From the NCBI GenBank assembly GCA_964187785.1, contig OZ076409.1:53012001-53076000 (forward strand): a stretch of 64,000 nucleotides of DNA, given 5' to 3'. A program made the position numbers and the translations under genes. The notes under the pieces were generated by a model, which saw only the letters and a list, made by a program, of their open reading frames with translations, was not told the origin of the DNA and did no database searches. The DNA is from Amphiscolops sp. MND2022 (lineage: Eukaryota). This document shows positions 22,231 to 35,400 of this stretch, piece by piece; positions within the stretch are counted from its first letter, which is position 1; every line of letters starts with the position of its first letter.

Positions 22231-24115
22231 CTAAAACAGTTCACGAAAGTAACATCTCAATTCGCCAATCTCGTGGTTTGACGCCAATGTTTCGCTCTTC
22301 GAAAGCGACGCTCGTTGAAAAAAGTCTTCAGTCAATTAGTCTACGAATGTCTCGCTAATTGCTGAATACCACAAGTTGTCCTTTATGTTTTTTTTCTCCG
22401 CCAAAAAAGCTGTTTTTGTCAAAACAACATATATATCACTAAATTTGAGGACTCGCAAAATTCCCGACCAAAGGGAGTTTAGAGATTGAATGTTATGTGC
22501 TTTTCGATGCAAATTCGTTTCATCCGGATCCCTCATAACTTCATAGCCCTATTAATAAAATAATTACACTAGCTCTAATACTTAGTACTAGAACCATATT
22601 CAAAATCCAGGTCCATAAAACTCATTTTGTGCTATGTTGTTATTCATCAGTAGCTGTTGACATCAGGTTCGGAGATCATAACTCAAGATCAGGCCTAATT
22701 AGTTTAATTCCTACCAAATATATCAGTGAGTTGTCAGGACATTTCATCCTATGCAATTTCAACCTATGCAATTTCAACCTCTCACGTGACGAAATGTCAT
22801 GTAACCATTCAGTGACTATATCGAAAAATTCAGCCTTAATACTACCTTGAGTGCTTCATGAAAAACGTTGATTGCATGTTCGCACCACAAATTGACACGG
22901 TTAGAACTTTTATTGTTTTTCAAGATACCCAAAATAAATTATCACGACTTTGTACAATTTTGACGGAAAACAAATCGATAATATTTCCGTTACATAATAC
23001 TTTTATGAACCTGCATGAGCAATTCATGTAAAAATTTGCAGCATTTCGAAGTTGTGAGATCTCACCGGTTTTTATGTGCCAGTTCTTTTGTTTTACATCG
23101 AAATCGATTATAATAATTTAAACAAAAATACCTTGATATGGTGTTGGATCTGGAAAGATCAATATTTCCATTCGTTACGTCTGTCCTCTAAACGGAATCG
23201 AAGTCCTGTGCTTCGGTTATTTCAAAGTTGTTCAAAAACAAATCAAAAGGTCTGTGACAATCATTGTTAATGCAAAACCGGAAGAAAAACGTGTGCATCC
23301 TTTCTTCCAGTTTTAATAACTTTTAAATTTTTTCGCTCGGAATTGATTTTTTGTTGAACCAGGGAGACACCCAGCCTTAAAATCATCTCCTTTGAGTTTC
23401 AGTACAACATCTACAACTGCAAACAATTTTATTAACTTTGTTCATTTTTCTACATGGCTTGTTCATAAAATCCCCGGAAGTAAATCTACTGAAACTCTCC
23501 AAACATTTTCAATAAACTCATCTTCCGAAAGCTCAGTGAAAGAACCTTTGCAATAGCGTTTTGAAGTAAGCGCTAAAAAGCATTTTTGCATTTTCATTTG
23601 AATAATAGTGACGCTTTCAACAAAACTTTAATGACGACTTGGTCCACTCGTTCGCCTAATATCAAAAAGATCTCTGGTTGAAACTGCTTCACAAGTTTTT
23701 GTAGGTTGCCAAGCTAATCTATTTCTCAAGGAAACTTCCATGGATCAAAATTTCTCTGTTTCAATTGAATCAAAATTTCACTGTTTCAATTGAATTGTAT
23801 CAAGCTACCTGCAAGATCATCCTTGAATTCGGCGTCAATTCAGCGCCATGAAGTTTTGCAGATTTCATTAGGAAGCATTCTATTTTTAAATGTAGCGGAG
23901 AACTAATTGATTTCACCATTTCAGTGCTAATTAACTTCAGTTTCGTTATAAGCTTCAAAGTAGCGTCATATTCAGCGTGCAATTCGACAAACAGTGATTA
24001 CACAAGTTGATTTCTTGGGAAATTAGAGTGTGAAAACAAAGTAATCGAGACAGCGAGAGTGGAAATATTTTCAGTTTCAATTGAATTAGTGGAAGCTGCA
24101 TTGTAAATCTACAAG

Positions 24116-27100
24116 GTGCTTCCAAGCAGGCTTCCAGAATTTTTCATGTTGTTTGAAACAAACCTTTGTATGCATGGAAGCAGCCACTACTTTTGGCAAG
24201 AGGCTGAGAAAGAACCTTCTTACGACTGGGAACAGTGGCAGCAACTAATTGAAGTTGCAGTACTGGCTCGCCACTCAATTTCTGTAACCGAAATCATTAG
24301 GACTGTAGACGAACAAAACCCTCGTGTTCCAGCACTGATGGGAAACCTGGAAGAAAATGTGGCTGCAAGAAAGATTGTGAGCATACTTTACAAATCTCTT
24401 GGCAAAAATGGCAGAAAAATGATCATGGACAAATTCACTCAAATTAACATCCTGCTTATTCAATTACCTCACAACCTGCAACACTGTAATGAGTGCTTCC
24501 AAACGCGAAGAAATAGAACTATGGATAGACATACCTTTTTGGCAAGAAAGCAGAAGCCGAACGAATCCCTTAACTTGTTTTGGAATGCTTCAAACGGATT
24601 TGCAGCTAGATGTAATTTTGGCAATCAGACAGAAGGTCTAGTCCATGACATTTTCGTCCTCAACATGTCAAATAAATTGGTACAAGAAAAGCTCTGCACA
24701 GAGCCAAAAGATACTCCAGCAGAGGCTCTCCAATTTGCAATTGCTTTTGAAGATGGGCTAAAGAGACAGAAGACATACGGATACATTGGACAAGAGCCCA
24801 AGGTAAAAGAAGAACCAATCTGTGCAGTCAGCGAAAGCAGCTTCAATACAAGAGAGTGTTGGAGATGTGGCGCTGGAAATTTTACATTGGAACATCTAAA
24901 GTTCTGCAAAGGACCAAATGCGATGTGTAATTACTGCGGCAGAAAAAGACATTTGGAGAAAGTCTGTAATCAGAAGAAGAAAGACAAATTTCAATAAAAT
25001 GGCAATATCAGAGCAAATGGCAGCAGTGAGCAAACAAACCGCCGTGTACAATTAGTCGATCAGGAGGAAGAAGACGATTAAAATATAAAGGTTCTAAATG
25101 TAGAAAATGAAAACACGACACCATATTACATGGAAGGATTCATCAACGGAAACAGGTTCAAAACAAAATCGATTCAGGATCACCTGTCCTAATTTTTGCG
25201 CTAGATGAAATAAAGCAGATCATGAAGAGAGAAACCCTCCCTGTACGCGCGATGAAGGAAGGAGAGATGTATGTGGATTTTTATGGGGAACCATTAAGTC
25301 TACTGGGATATGTGTTTTGCGAACTACAAGTGGGCAACCAGTACAATGAGAAGGCGAGATTTCTAATTGCCAAAAAGGGAACAAAGTCCATTATCGGTCG
25401 AGAGTGGCTCTCAACGTTGAGATACAGGTTTACGCCAGTGAATGAAGGTGAGTTAGAAGTAAATTCAGTAGAAAAAGACGAGGAACTAAGTGCGGAAGCA
25501 AAGCAACCAAGTAACAAATTTCCCGATTTGTTCAAAAGAAACGGAAGAATAAAAAATTACCAGGTAAAAATCAATCTGAAATCAGACGCAAAATTTTCCC
25601 AGCAAAAAGGAAGGCGAATTCCAATACAATTACAAAATGCGGTAGACGCGGAAATAAAACAATTACTGAAAGACGGTCATCTTGAGAAAATAAACGAAAT
25701 TGAAGACGATGTCTTTATACAACCAACTGTAATAACGGTAAAGAAAGACCGTTCAGTGAAAATTGCTTTAGACGCTAGAGCGCTACACCAAGCGATTGAT
25801 AAAGATAAAGACCAAATGCCAAATCTAGATAATTAACTAGATATGGCAGCAGAAAAACTAGATAATGAGAATGGAGAGGCATGGTACTCGTCCGTAGATA
25901 TAACATATGAATACGGTCAAGTTCCTTTACATTCATTAACGGCAAAACACTGCAATTTTCAAATTATTGGAGGCGAATACACTGGAACAAATAGATTTGT
26001 AACAGGTTTTTACGGTCTGACGGTTATGCCGACAGAATTTCAAAAAGTAATGGATTTACTATTAGCTAAATTTAGAGAAGGATTTGTTTTTATTGATGAC
26101 ATTTTAATAGTAACCAAGGGAACTAAGAGCGAACATTTAGATAAGGTGCGGGAAATACTAAAAGTGATGAATGAAGCGAAATTAAAATTAAAGGCGGGAA
26201 AATGCAATTTTGCAAAACAAGAAATAGAATGGTTGGGTTTCAAACTAATAAGTCAGGCGTTTCGCCAATTAATACAAAGGTACAAGGAATTTCCGACAAA
26301 CTCAGACCAACCAATTTGAAAGAATTGAGGTCTTTTTAGGTGCGGTAGTTCAATTTAAAAGATTTGTTCCAGACTTAGCTACTATTTGCTTTCCCTTCAG
26401 ATCACTTTTAAAAAGAGACGCAGAATGGAATTGTAATGAAGAGCGTGAATCGGCTTTCAAAAAAGTAAATGAAGAAGTGAAAAAGTTGCGGAATTAACAC
26501 ATTTCAAAAAGAAAAAACCACTGCGAATAATCTGCGATGCGAGTAAACAAGCGCTAGGAGCGGTCCTCCAACAAAAGGAAGACATGGGCTGGAAGCAAAT
26601 TTCGTACGCATCAAGGTTTTTAACGGAACTCGAAGTGAAGTATTCAATAAATGAATTAGAATTACTTGCAGTAGTTTGGGCAATTGAACATTTTAAAACT
26701 TATGTCTACGGTGAAAATTTCGATGTAGTGTCAGACCACAAAGCCTTACAGAGTGTATTAAAAGTGAATAAAGGAAACGAAACTTTCTCAAGCAGGCTAA
26801 CTAGGTGGGTAGACAGACTACTTCCCTTTGACTATTCAGTAATACATGCACTGGGTAGAACGATAGGATTAGCCGATTACCTTTCGCGACACCCTTCCGA
26901 CTATTGTGGGTCAACAGTAAAAGCGGAAGAAAAGTTCAATAGCTGGTTTACAATAAACGTAGTCGATGAAATCGTTCCGCGATTGAGTAGAAAATTGGCC
27001 AATGAAATTGAACCAATCAGAATTAAGATTGAAGGCAAAAGAAACTCAAGCGTAAGAGAGAGTGTGCTGACAGTTCATACGCCTATGCGGTCGAGTGTTA

Positions 27101-29353
27101 TTAGTAAACAAAATACAAAAGTGCCAATTAGCAGGAAAATGTCCGAAGAAAGAGATTTGTCAAAATCTAAAATCAGCCAAAATTATGTACAAGCAAAATA
27201 CGAGAACGACCGTAACATTCAAAAAATCATCCGTTTAATCAATGATAAAAATCCTGCAGTAATCTCTCGTTTACCTCCCCCCTGGAGAAAGAAATTCAAT
27301 TCATTTAGCCTGGACTCGAAAAATTTACTATACATGGACCAACGGCTAGTAATCCCAAAAGATATGCGTGGAAACGTATTAAGGGCCATACATTTCGGGC
27401 ATGCCGGCAGAGATGCCATGTTACGAGAGGCATCCGATGTATGGTGGCCGAGGATCCACCGAAAGAGCGTAAAAAAGGCAAGAAATTGCTCCGAATTCGA
27501 AAAAGCAAGTAAGAACCTTAAATGTGTAAAGAGTCAAAAAGAGTTTAGAAAAATACCTGAGGCAAAAAGCCCAAATGATGAAATTTCGCTAGATTTCACA
27601 GGACTATTCCAAATTGCATATAAACAAACAAAATCTTTGCTAGTTTCAGTAGATATTAATTCCGGATGGACAACTGCAATGTTTTAACCGAACCCATCGC
27701 CAGATAAAGTCGTAGAATTTTTATTAGAATACATAGCAACGAACGGAATTCCAAAAAAGATTAGAACAGATCCGGAAACAGTATTCAAAGGTGAAAAATT
27801 TCAGCAATTTTGTAGCAAAGAAAGATTCAGCAAAGAAAGATTCATTCAACACATAATCTGTCCCATCCGCGATCATCGGTGTAACGGAAAGGTAGCAAGA
27901 ATGATCAGAACACTGAACGAAAGACTGAGAACAAATAGAAAAATAGTAGTTCAGAAAGATACATCGCGATTGTCAAGTATACTATTTGCACCGAGAACAG
28001 AAAAAGGGGTAGTAGACAACACATCGGCTTATGAAAGACAAATGGGTAGAAAACCGATCACACTAAAGTCTGCTATGATCAGAAAGTGTTTTTTAGAGAA
28101 AGACCGCCAAATCCAGATCGAGCCGGAAGACTTCAGTGAGGAGGCTGACTCAACAATTCTCGTTCGAGAAAGAGTAAAAGGCACGAAGCTTGAAGGAAAC
28201 TTCAAAAAGATAAATGCCATATAATCAGCCAGAGCGAAAACACCATAACAGTGTTACCCAAATCAGGTAAACAAACAATCTACTCAAAGCGCGATGTGGC
28301 TAAAATGGGACAAGATGCAAGCACAAACAAGAAAGAAACTATCAAAAAGAAACCAAAAACCCAAGAAAGGCCAGCAAAGCCAATACAACCATTTTGGCGG
28401 GAATCGACAAGCAACTCAGAAATGGGACAAATTCCAAAAACGCCACAAAAAGAACAGTAAACGGAAGAAGAAAACATTACACAAGAAGTAGAAAGAGAAG
28501 AAAATCCCGAGCAAACAATTCAAATCAAAAAGTGAAACAGGCGAAGAAACAGAGAAAGAAGGAGAAAAAGAAATGTTTGATGAATCAGAAAAAAAAGAAG
28601 ATACCCGTAAGAGGAGACATAAAATGGAAAAAGGAGAAAAAACCAACCCGACGTTCAACAAGAAACCACAAAAAACCATACTGGCTAGGTCAAAACATAA
28701 TGGTGACTAAAGTGGAGCCAGAATCGAGCGCAGGAGAAAGCCTACCAAGCGTGTTTGAAATCGCACCACCGGAAAACAAATAGACAAGAATTGATAAACA
28801 ATACAAAACATTGTTCTGTTGCTATCGTTAAATTGTTGAGTTAATACAAAGCCCCAAGTACTAACCACTCCGATTAAAATAACCCCACCACTATCTCGTA
28901 CTTTGCAGTATATATCTCGTATGTTGCAGTAAGTTTGTTTTGTAGAAACACTACTGATTTTAGTTGTTATCGTTATTGTATTTATTAAAGTTAATCACTC
29001 AGTAACACTGTAAATTACTACTATGAGCTTATTGACTAATACAGAAACCAATCCTGAACATAAACAAACCCTGTGAAATGAACTGATAACAAATTGGAAG
29101 TCATAACACTCCCCCCATCCTTCACTAATTAAAGAGGGAAGTGTAGTAGGGTCTAAAATACTGAACTTAATTACTGAGAAAACAGAAGTGTGAAAATAAT
29201 TAAATTACGCAATGATAACAACCTGCCAAACTTAGCCAAAGTGGCAAATTAACAGCAACTGCCATAACATCAGACATCATACTAATACACAGTTGTTACC
29301 GAATTCTCTTCTTTCACTATTAGTTCGTTAACGTCATCAGTTGTGCTAAAACA
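24116..29353 (+). mobile_element. Decayed Ty3/Gypsy element of a different lineage (gag-pol pseudogene, PPT, probable 3' LTR; 5' LTR not seen)
   Basis: Gag with knuckles CWRC and CNYCGRKRHLEKVC; RT FIDD; RNase H CDAS and YSINELELLA; integrase HFGH; many stops and frameshifts; PPT AAAGAGGGAAG 29131-29141 then TGTAGT at 29142; right end approximate. Confidence 0.88.
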
Positions 29354-30963
29354 TCGAGGCCTTGTTATCTTCCGCACCCACAATTTATTTTGTAGGAGGA
29401 GGAAAATCATAATCTGTGCTGCGTTTTTTCCAAATTCTGCTAAAAGTCCACTTTTTCTCCATTGTAAATTTAATATTGCGTTTTACTAAGGAGGAGGCAG
29501 AGGTTCGAAAACAATCGTTCCAATTTGTCCCAGCACGCTATATCCGATTTTTGACGTTATATCCGAAGTAAATTGCGTTTTACCAAGGAGGAGGTAAATT
29601 TTTGATTTTCGCTTTCAATTGAAGGCGGAAAATATCCTGGAGTATAGCAGGTGTCTTGTTGTTGTTGATTTGCACTGTTTGTCACGTTCCACTGTTCTTT
29701 GTCTGTTTGAATTTTTTGCGGCATCCTCAAGGTATTTTTTGTACCGGCTTCCTGTTTCAGGTTACGAAATCAAACCACAGTGTCATTGCCTCTTCTTTCA
29801 ACTTATTAATAAAAAAATCAAAAAAGCAAAAATGAATTGTGATCCAAGGGTAATTGAATCAATACTTGGAGCTGTTGATGCTTTTACAAAATTATTTTGA
29901 AATTGAACCGCCAAAAAGGTCATAGAATGAAATTGCAGTAAAACCCATGAAAACTTCAGTTCCGCTAAATTACAATGGTTTTTGCTGTTCAGTTTCCACG
30001 AAGTGTTATCAGATGGAGTGTTGCAAGTAGACATAACAAAACGGACCGTAGTTTTTCAAAAATTGATCGCTTCAAAGTCACTTCAACGACTTTCATTGAC
30101 ATTTTTAAGTTTCTCCAAAAATTAGGTGCCACACCCTTGCGATTTTTTCAAACCCTTGCGATTTTTCAGATAGGGTTGACAATTCTCCATTTGTTCTAAA
30201 ACCAGATGATATTAAGAACTTCGGAGCTAATAGCTGAAGTAGTTTGGTAATTAACGGTTACAAAAATTCGAAAATGCAATGTATTCTTGATACTGCAGTC
30301 GGACCTGAAAACTATTGGAAGTTCATTGCATAGTTCAGTATTTCTTTGAAGAGTTTGATACTTGAAGAATACTCTAAGTAAAAATTCATTTCTTCGAATT
30401 TCATGGGAAGGAGAAATATTTGAATCTAAAGTTCCTTTGAAGGGCCTTCGAAAAGTTGTTTTGACTTTGGAGAACGTTCGAAGACCTTCGATCAAATCCA
30501 AGGATCTGTAAAGGAGCTTTGAAGCAATCTATTGTAAAAATCTAGGGAGTAGAACCTAAATTTAATCGTTTTGAATTATGGTTTCAGTGGAGAGTCGTAA
30601 CATTCCAGAATTCGTGAAATTATAAAAAAGTACAGAAATCTTGAAAATATCCAGATTTTCAAATGAAAGATACATTTGTAATTCTGTATAAATTTTTATA
30701 TACTTTTTTGACCTATGACTTTTTTCTTCAACTGCATTTCCAAAGAAATATTGCGGTTCGAAAATTTTCGTGTCTAATTTAGGTGTCTTCAGCTTTCTAA
30801 CTTCCTAATGCATCTACTATTTAGTAAAATTTTTGAGTCTGGTTGATGTTTTGAAATCAAACTATGTTCAATAAAGTTAATGCATTGTTTCAATATTACA
30901 ATCTTTGCAGACCCTTTCCGGAATGAGTTACTGTGCGGAACAAGCGTCAAAACTTCAACTAGC

Positions 30964-31201
30964 CTAATCTAAGCTCCAATGCTCGAACTCGGGAAGTCTC
31001 GTCATTTCCATAATTGCCGCCAAATTTCGGAGGGTTGCTGGCCATAGGTACTAAAGCATTATTGAAGGACGGCATGCTGGTTGTGGCCAAAGAGGCATCT
31101 CCGGCATTGAACATTGACCTTCTGGGTGACAACTCCGGCTCACCCCTGGATGAAAATATTTGAGGGAGGGCGTCGTATTTGGGATAAGACATGGATGCCA
31201 T
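30964..31201 (-). CDS. Probable first coding exon of the host coiled-coil gene (splicing to 22230)
   Basis: MASMSYPKY...SRVRALELRL; phase-compatible with the 22230 exon if AG/GCTAGT at 30963 is a GC donor. Confidence 0.5.
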
Positions 31202-32460
31202 GGAATAAAATAATAGAATATAAAAAGAAAATGGATTTATAAATTATAAAAACTTATCTGGATCCATGCAGGTCATATCTGTGATAGAGGGTGGTAAGAA
31301 ATGAAGATAGAAAGCTATCTTTATATACTATAGCAACTGTAGAGATGCTTTGTGTACTGACAGCCTGTTTTAAGTTAATTCAATCATGAAAACCATAGGA
31401 AGCGTAGCCACGGCAAATTATCGTTTTTTGAAGGTTGTCAAAGGGCAATGACTTTGAAATGGTAACAAATGTATAAAAACAATCAGGTCTGGAGCTCAAG
31501 AGGTTGAATAGAAAAATTTTAAAGGATTTATCTTAGATCATCAAATAGGATCCCAATTTTTCCGTGACCAATAATAATTTCAATCACAAATGCTAGCTCT
31601 CGAACTGATTATAACAAATTGTGCCATTGTAGTAAAATGGCAAGGCAAGCGAAATTCATTTTGATGGTATAAAAACGCTCCAAGTTGTACGTAGTTTATG
31701 AGAGTGACGAAAATTTTCTTCATATTGTAATTCATATACCGCACACTCTACTGTAAGCTGAGCAAACGTCGCGCTAGCAGTTCAACAGTGCTGCTCTGAT
31801 GAAGCGAGAATACATGGACAGGTGTTTCATTCGGTTTGAAGCTAGAACATTTTTTATATACGCAAAAAAACGACCTCAATAAATAGCTCTGGTATCCAAC
31901 GCACTGATACCTTTTACAATTCATTTGAATAGTTTTTTATTGACTGCTTTGACTCAATAGAACTCAATAGAGAATATTTTTATACAGTGTTACTAGTACT
32001 GTTTTTGAGTATTATACTAATATCAAATAAACTGGTAGTTTTTTAAATAAAAACTTTTCGATCATCCAGTGATTTCAAGTTACACATTTGTTTGAAAGCT
32101 TTGAAGTCATTTCTGACTTTCCCTCAAAAAAGTTTTCCAACCAAAGACAACAAAAACACCTTTTAAAAGTTAATAACGCTGAAACTTTGTGAAGAAATCT
32201 ATTAAAGCTCTTTTAACTTTTGTCTTTTTCTCTTCATAAGTTAAAGAGTTTGGTCTATGAAATATTTCAGGATTATACCAACATAGTATCAAAAAGGAAC
32301 TTGGAAAACCCAATCTATATATGAAACTGTTTAATCTATAAAAAAATTTCTTTTACATCTTCGAAGACATCCTCTGAAGCTTCAGACACTTTGTTGCATT
32401 TGGTTTTGTATTTATCTGCACTGTGCTTGGTTTCCGATTTATTGGAAACGATTTCCAAAT

Positions 32461-35400
32461 ATGGAATGTGATGTCATCGGGCACAGGTTCTCCAGGACGA
32501 CCAACGCCATCCGGGTCACCCCTCGAGCGAAAACTGCCAAGAGTTACATGTTTACTCTGGACACACCATCTGAGTCATCAGAAGACGAATTGGAGAACAG
32601 CGAACAGAAAAAGTCACGTGGCGAAATAGACAGAAATGAGTCATCGGCTGCAGTTAGATTCCAGCTGGATTACGAACATAGAGCTGAGAAGAGAAATGAA
32701 TTAGTCAACGAATATCAGTTATCTGCCAGGGAAAGCCAAAGAGAGCAAGCAGGTTTGCAATTCTTTTTCAATAAGTTATGTCTCAAGTGATGAGCAAATA
32801 TAAAATTGATAAATCACGAAGGTAAAATGAAATATTTTTATTCCATGTTCTTCACAAACGTTTAATGTCTTTTGTATGACTAATCACAGTCAATCCTAGG
32901 AGCTATGAAATAAATTTTACAGTGGGAGTCATTGACTGATTAATGATGCCAAATTGAACATTTTATTGGCGTCCAATGGAACAAAGTTTCTGCAAGATCG
33001 CCATTTGATGAATCATTTTTGGATAGAGACTCGTTTAAGGTAATATATATTATGTCACACGAGTTGACAACCCAGGGCAACCAATCGGTGGCCACCGGGT
33101 TACCCAATACATTCCCACAGGCGGCCACCACGGCGCACATAACACCTTTTGTGAAGGCCATGAGTGGGCCACCGGTGGACTGGGAATGGGAATATTCAAA
33201 GTGCTATTCAAAAAATGTAGAAACATTGCCTCGAACATGCATTGTATTGCTCAACAGTCCGGCATTTCACTCCTCAACTTTTTGTTATTGCAATTTGTTT
33301 TTGGAAAAATTCGGGTTCAATCAGATTAGAAGAACGAAGATTAGGACATTATTTTGGGGATTTTTCGGAACTTCATGGGATATTGAAATATTGTACATTG
33401 TACATGGGATATTGTAAATTCATGTCTCGAATTCTAAAAGATCTTGCATTCCGAGCTACACTTGATTAAATAAGTGTTATCAGAATTTTCAAACTTAAGG
33501 GTTTCAAATTTCTTCAACAGACAAAACGTTTGAAAATTGTGCGAATGTCTTCTTACAATGGCGGAACAAGGCGGTAACGTCTAAGTAGAAGACCCCGCTT
33601 AAAGGTAAACAAGCTGGAAATGGCATATGGCTCAAAAAGAGCACCAGTACTCAGTATTTCAAAGCATCAGGATCCTCTTTTGAATCAAATCTAATTTCAA
33701 AGTACCGAAAACAACCCAAGGGGATCTTTTGGGCTTAAAACGTGGTTTTGCTTTTATTTTCGTGAGAAAGATCAAAAATTGAAACGCTTTCGCTTCTTTT
33801 CTCACCAGAAACCATAAAACCGAAAGGAGAACCCTTTTGTGATTTAAAAAATATCACAAAACCAAAGAAAGGACAATTCGAGAAAATTGTTTTTTTTTTT
33901 TAAAAAAAAAAGTGGCACAGTGACAAAAAAATCAAGACAGCTTAAAACGCTTTCTTCGATCCAAAAATATTTAAAAAGGCCCCTGTAGGCAACATTATTA
34001 TTTCGGCTTTTATGCTTTCATGTTCAAAATTAGAAGCATATCTTAATCATTTATATAGTGCACAATTAATCACTCTACCAGTTTAGAAGCATGTTAGAAG
34101 CATATCTTGATTATTTATATATTGCACAATGAATCACTCTGCCAGTGTACACCGCCTTTAATTCTTCTCGGACTAAAGAAAAAATAACTACTAAGTTTAG
34201 ACGAAGTTTCGTATTCGCATTTGAATGCAGGCAAAGCTCTCGGCGAACGAATGATTAACACTCGTTCACTTCATCTAAATAACTCGGCGTACGAAATCAT
34301 AATTACGAACATTCGCTCGCTTCATCTCAATGAATTTGGCGTACGAATGCATAATTACCACTCACTCGTTCCATCGCAGGAGAAACGAATTGTTGTAGGC
34401 AGCTTGAGAAATTCAAATGTCTCGCTTATACTCACTGCCGAACAAAATATCTGAATTTTTCAGTAGGTACTCCAATTACCGACGAAAATTGAGCTGAAAA
34501 AAAGTTACATAATTGAGATTGATATATTATTCCTGCTAGCGCAGAAATAATGGAATCCCTAAAAAAGGGCCCTTCTGGAAAACCGATTTTTTTTTCGAAA
34601 AAAAAACACTTCCGAAAAGAAAAAAAAATAGTTTTCCTGGGTGAAAACAGGAAAAACCCAAGGGACTCTTTGACGATAGAAATTTTTCCAACTACCTCCT
34701 GGTTGGGAACAAAACACCCTAACCACTAAACCAAGTGACCCCAAGCGACATGAACAAACTCTATTCAAAAATGAACCAATCACTGTGAGGTCTGTGGTAT
34801 GCCAAACAGGACGGGAACGTCTAAAGTCGTCGCTATATCTAAGGCTCAAAAGGCACAGTTTCTAAAATGTGCGTAGGAAGTTTTCATGAAAAACTCATGT
34901 TTTCGAAACTCCGCTTCCTCCCTTTTAAAACGCAATATATTTCGGATATAACATCAAAAGTTCGGTTATAGCGCTTTACTCCGAACATAACGAGCGCGGA
35001 CTTCAATAAAATCGAAACGGGGACCCTTCGGAGACAAAAAAATTTCGAAAAACAGTCGCACAGAAGGGGGGATCCTTCAGTCTCGTCCGGGGACCCTTCA
35101 GTCTCCTCCGGGGACCCTTCAGTCTCCTCCGGGGACCTTTTGCAATAACTTAGATGCGTTTCCGAGGTATTCGTTTAGTTGAACAAACTGAACAGAATTT
35201 TTGTCGCATTCGAGACTGTCTTAAATTAAAAAATGAAGAAACGACCCTTGTTGAACATGCTTGAACTTTTAACATGTACTTTAATGTTGCCAGCAACTTT
35301 TATTATGATTTTCTAAATATCTTACGGAAACTTTATTGCGTTAATTTTTCCCTGTTGCCGCCAACTTTTATCAAGCTGCTTTAAAGAATCATCACAGTTT

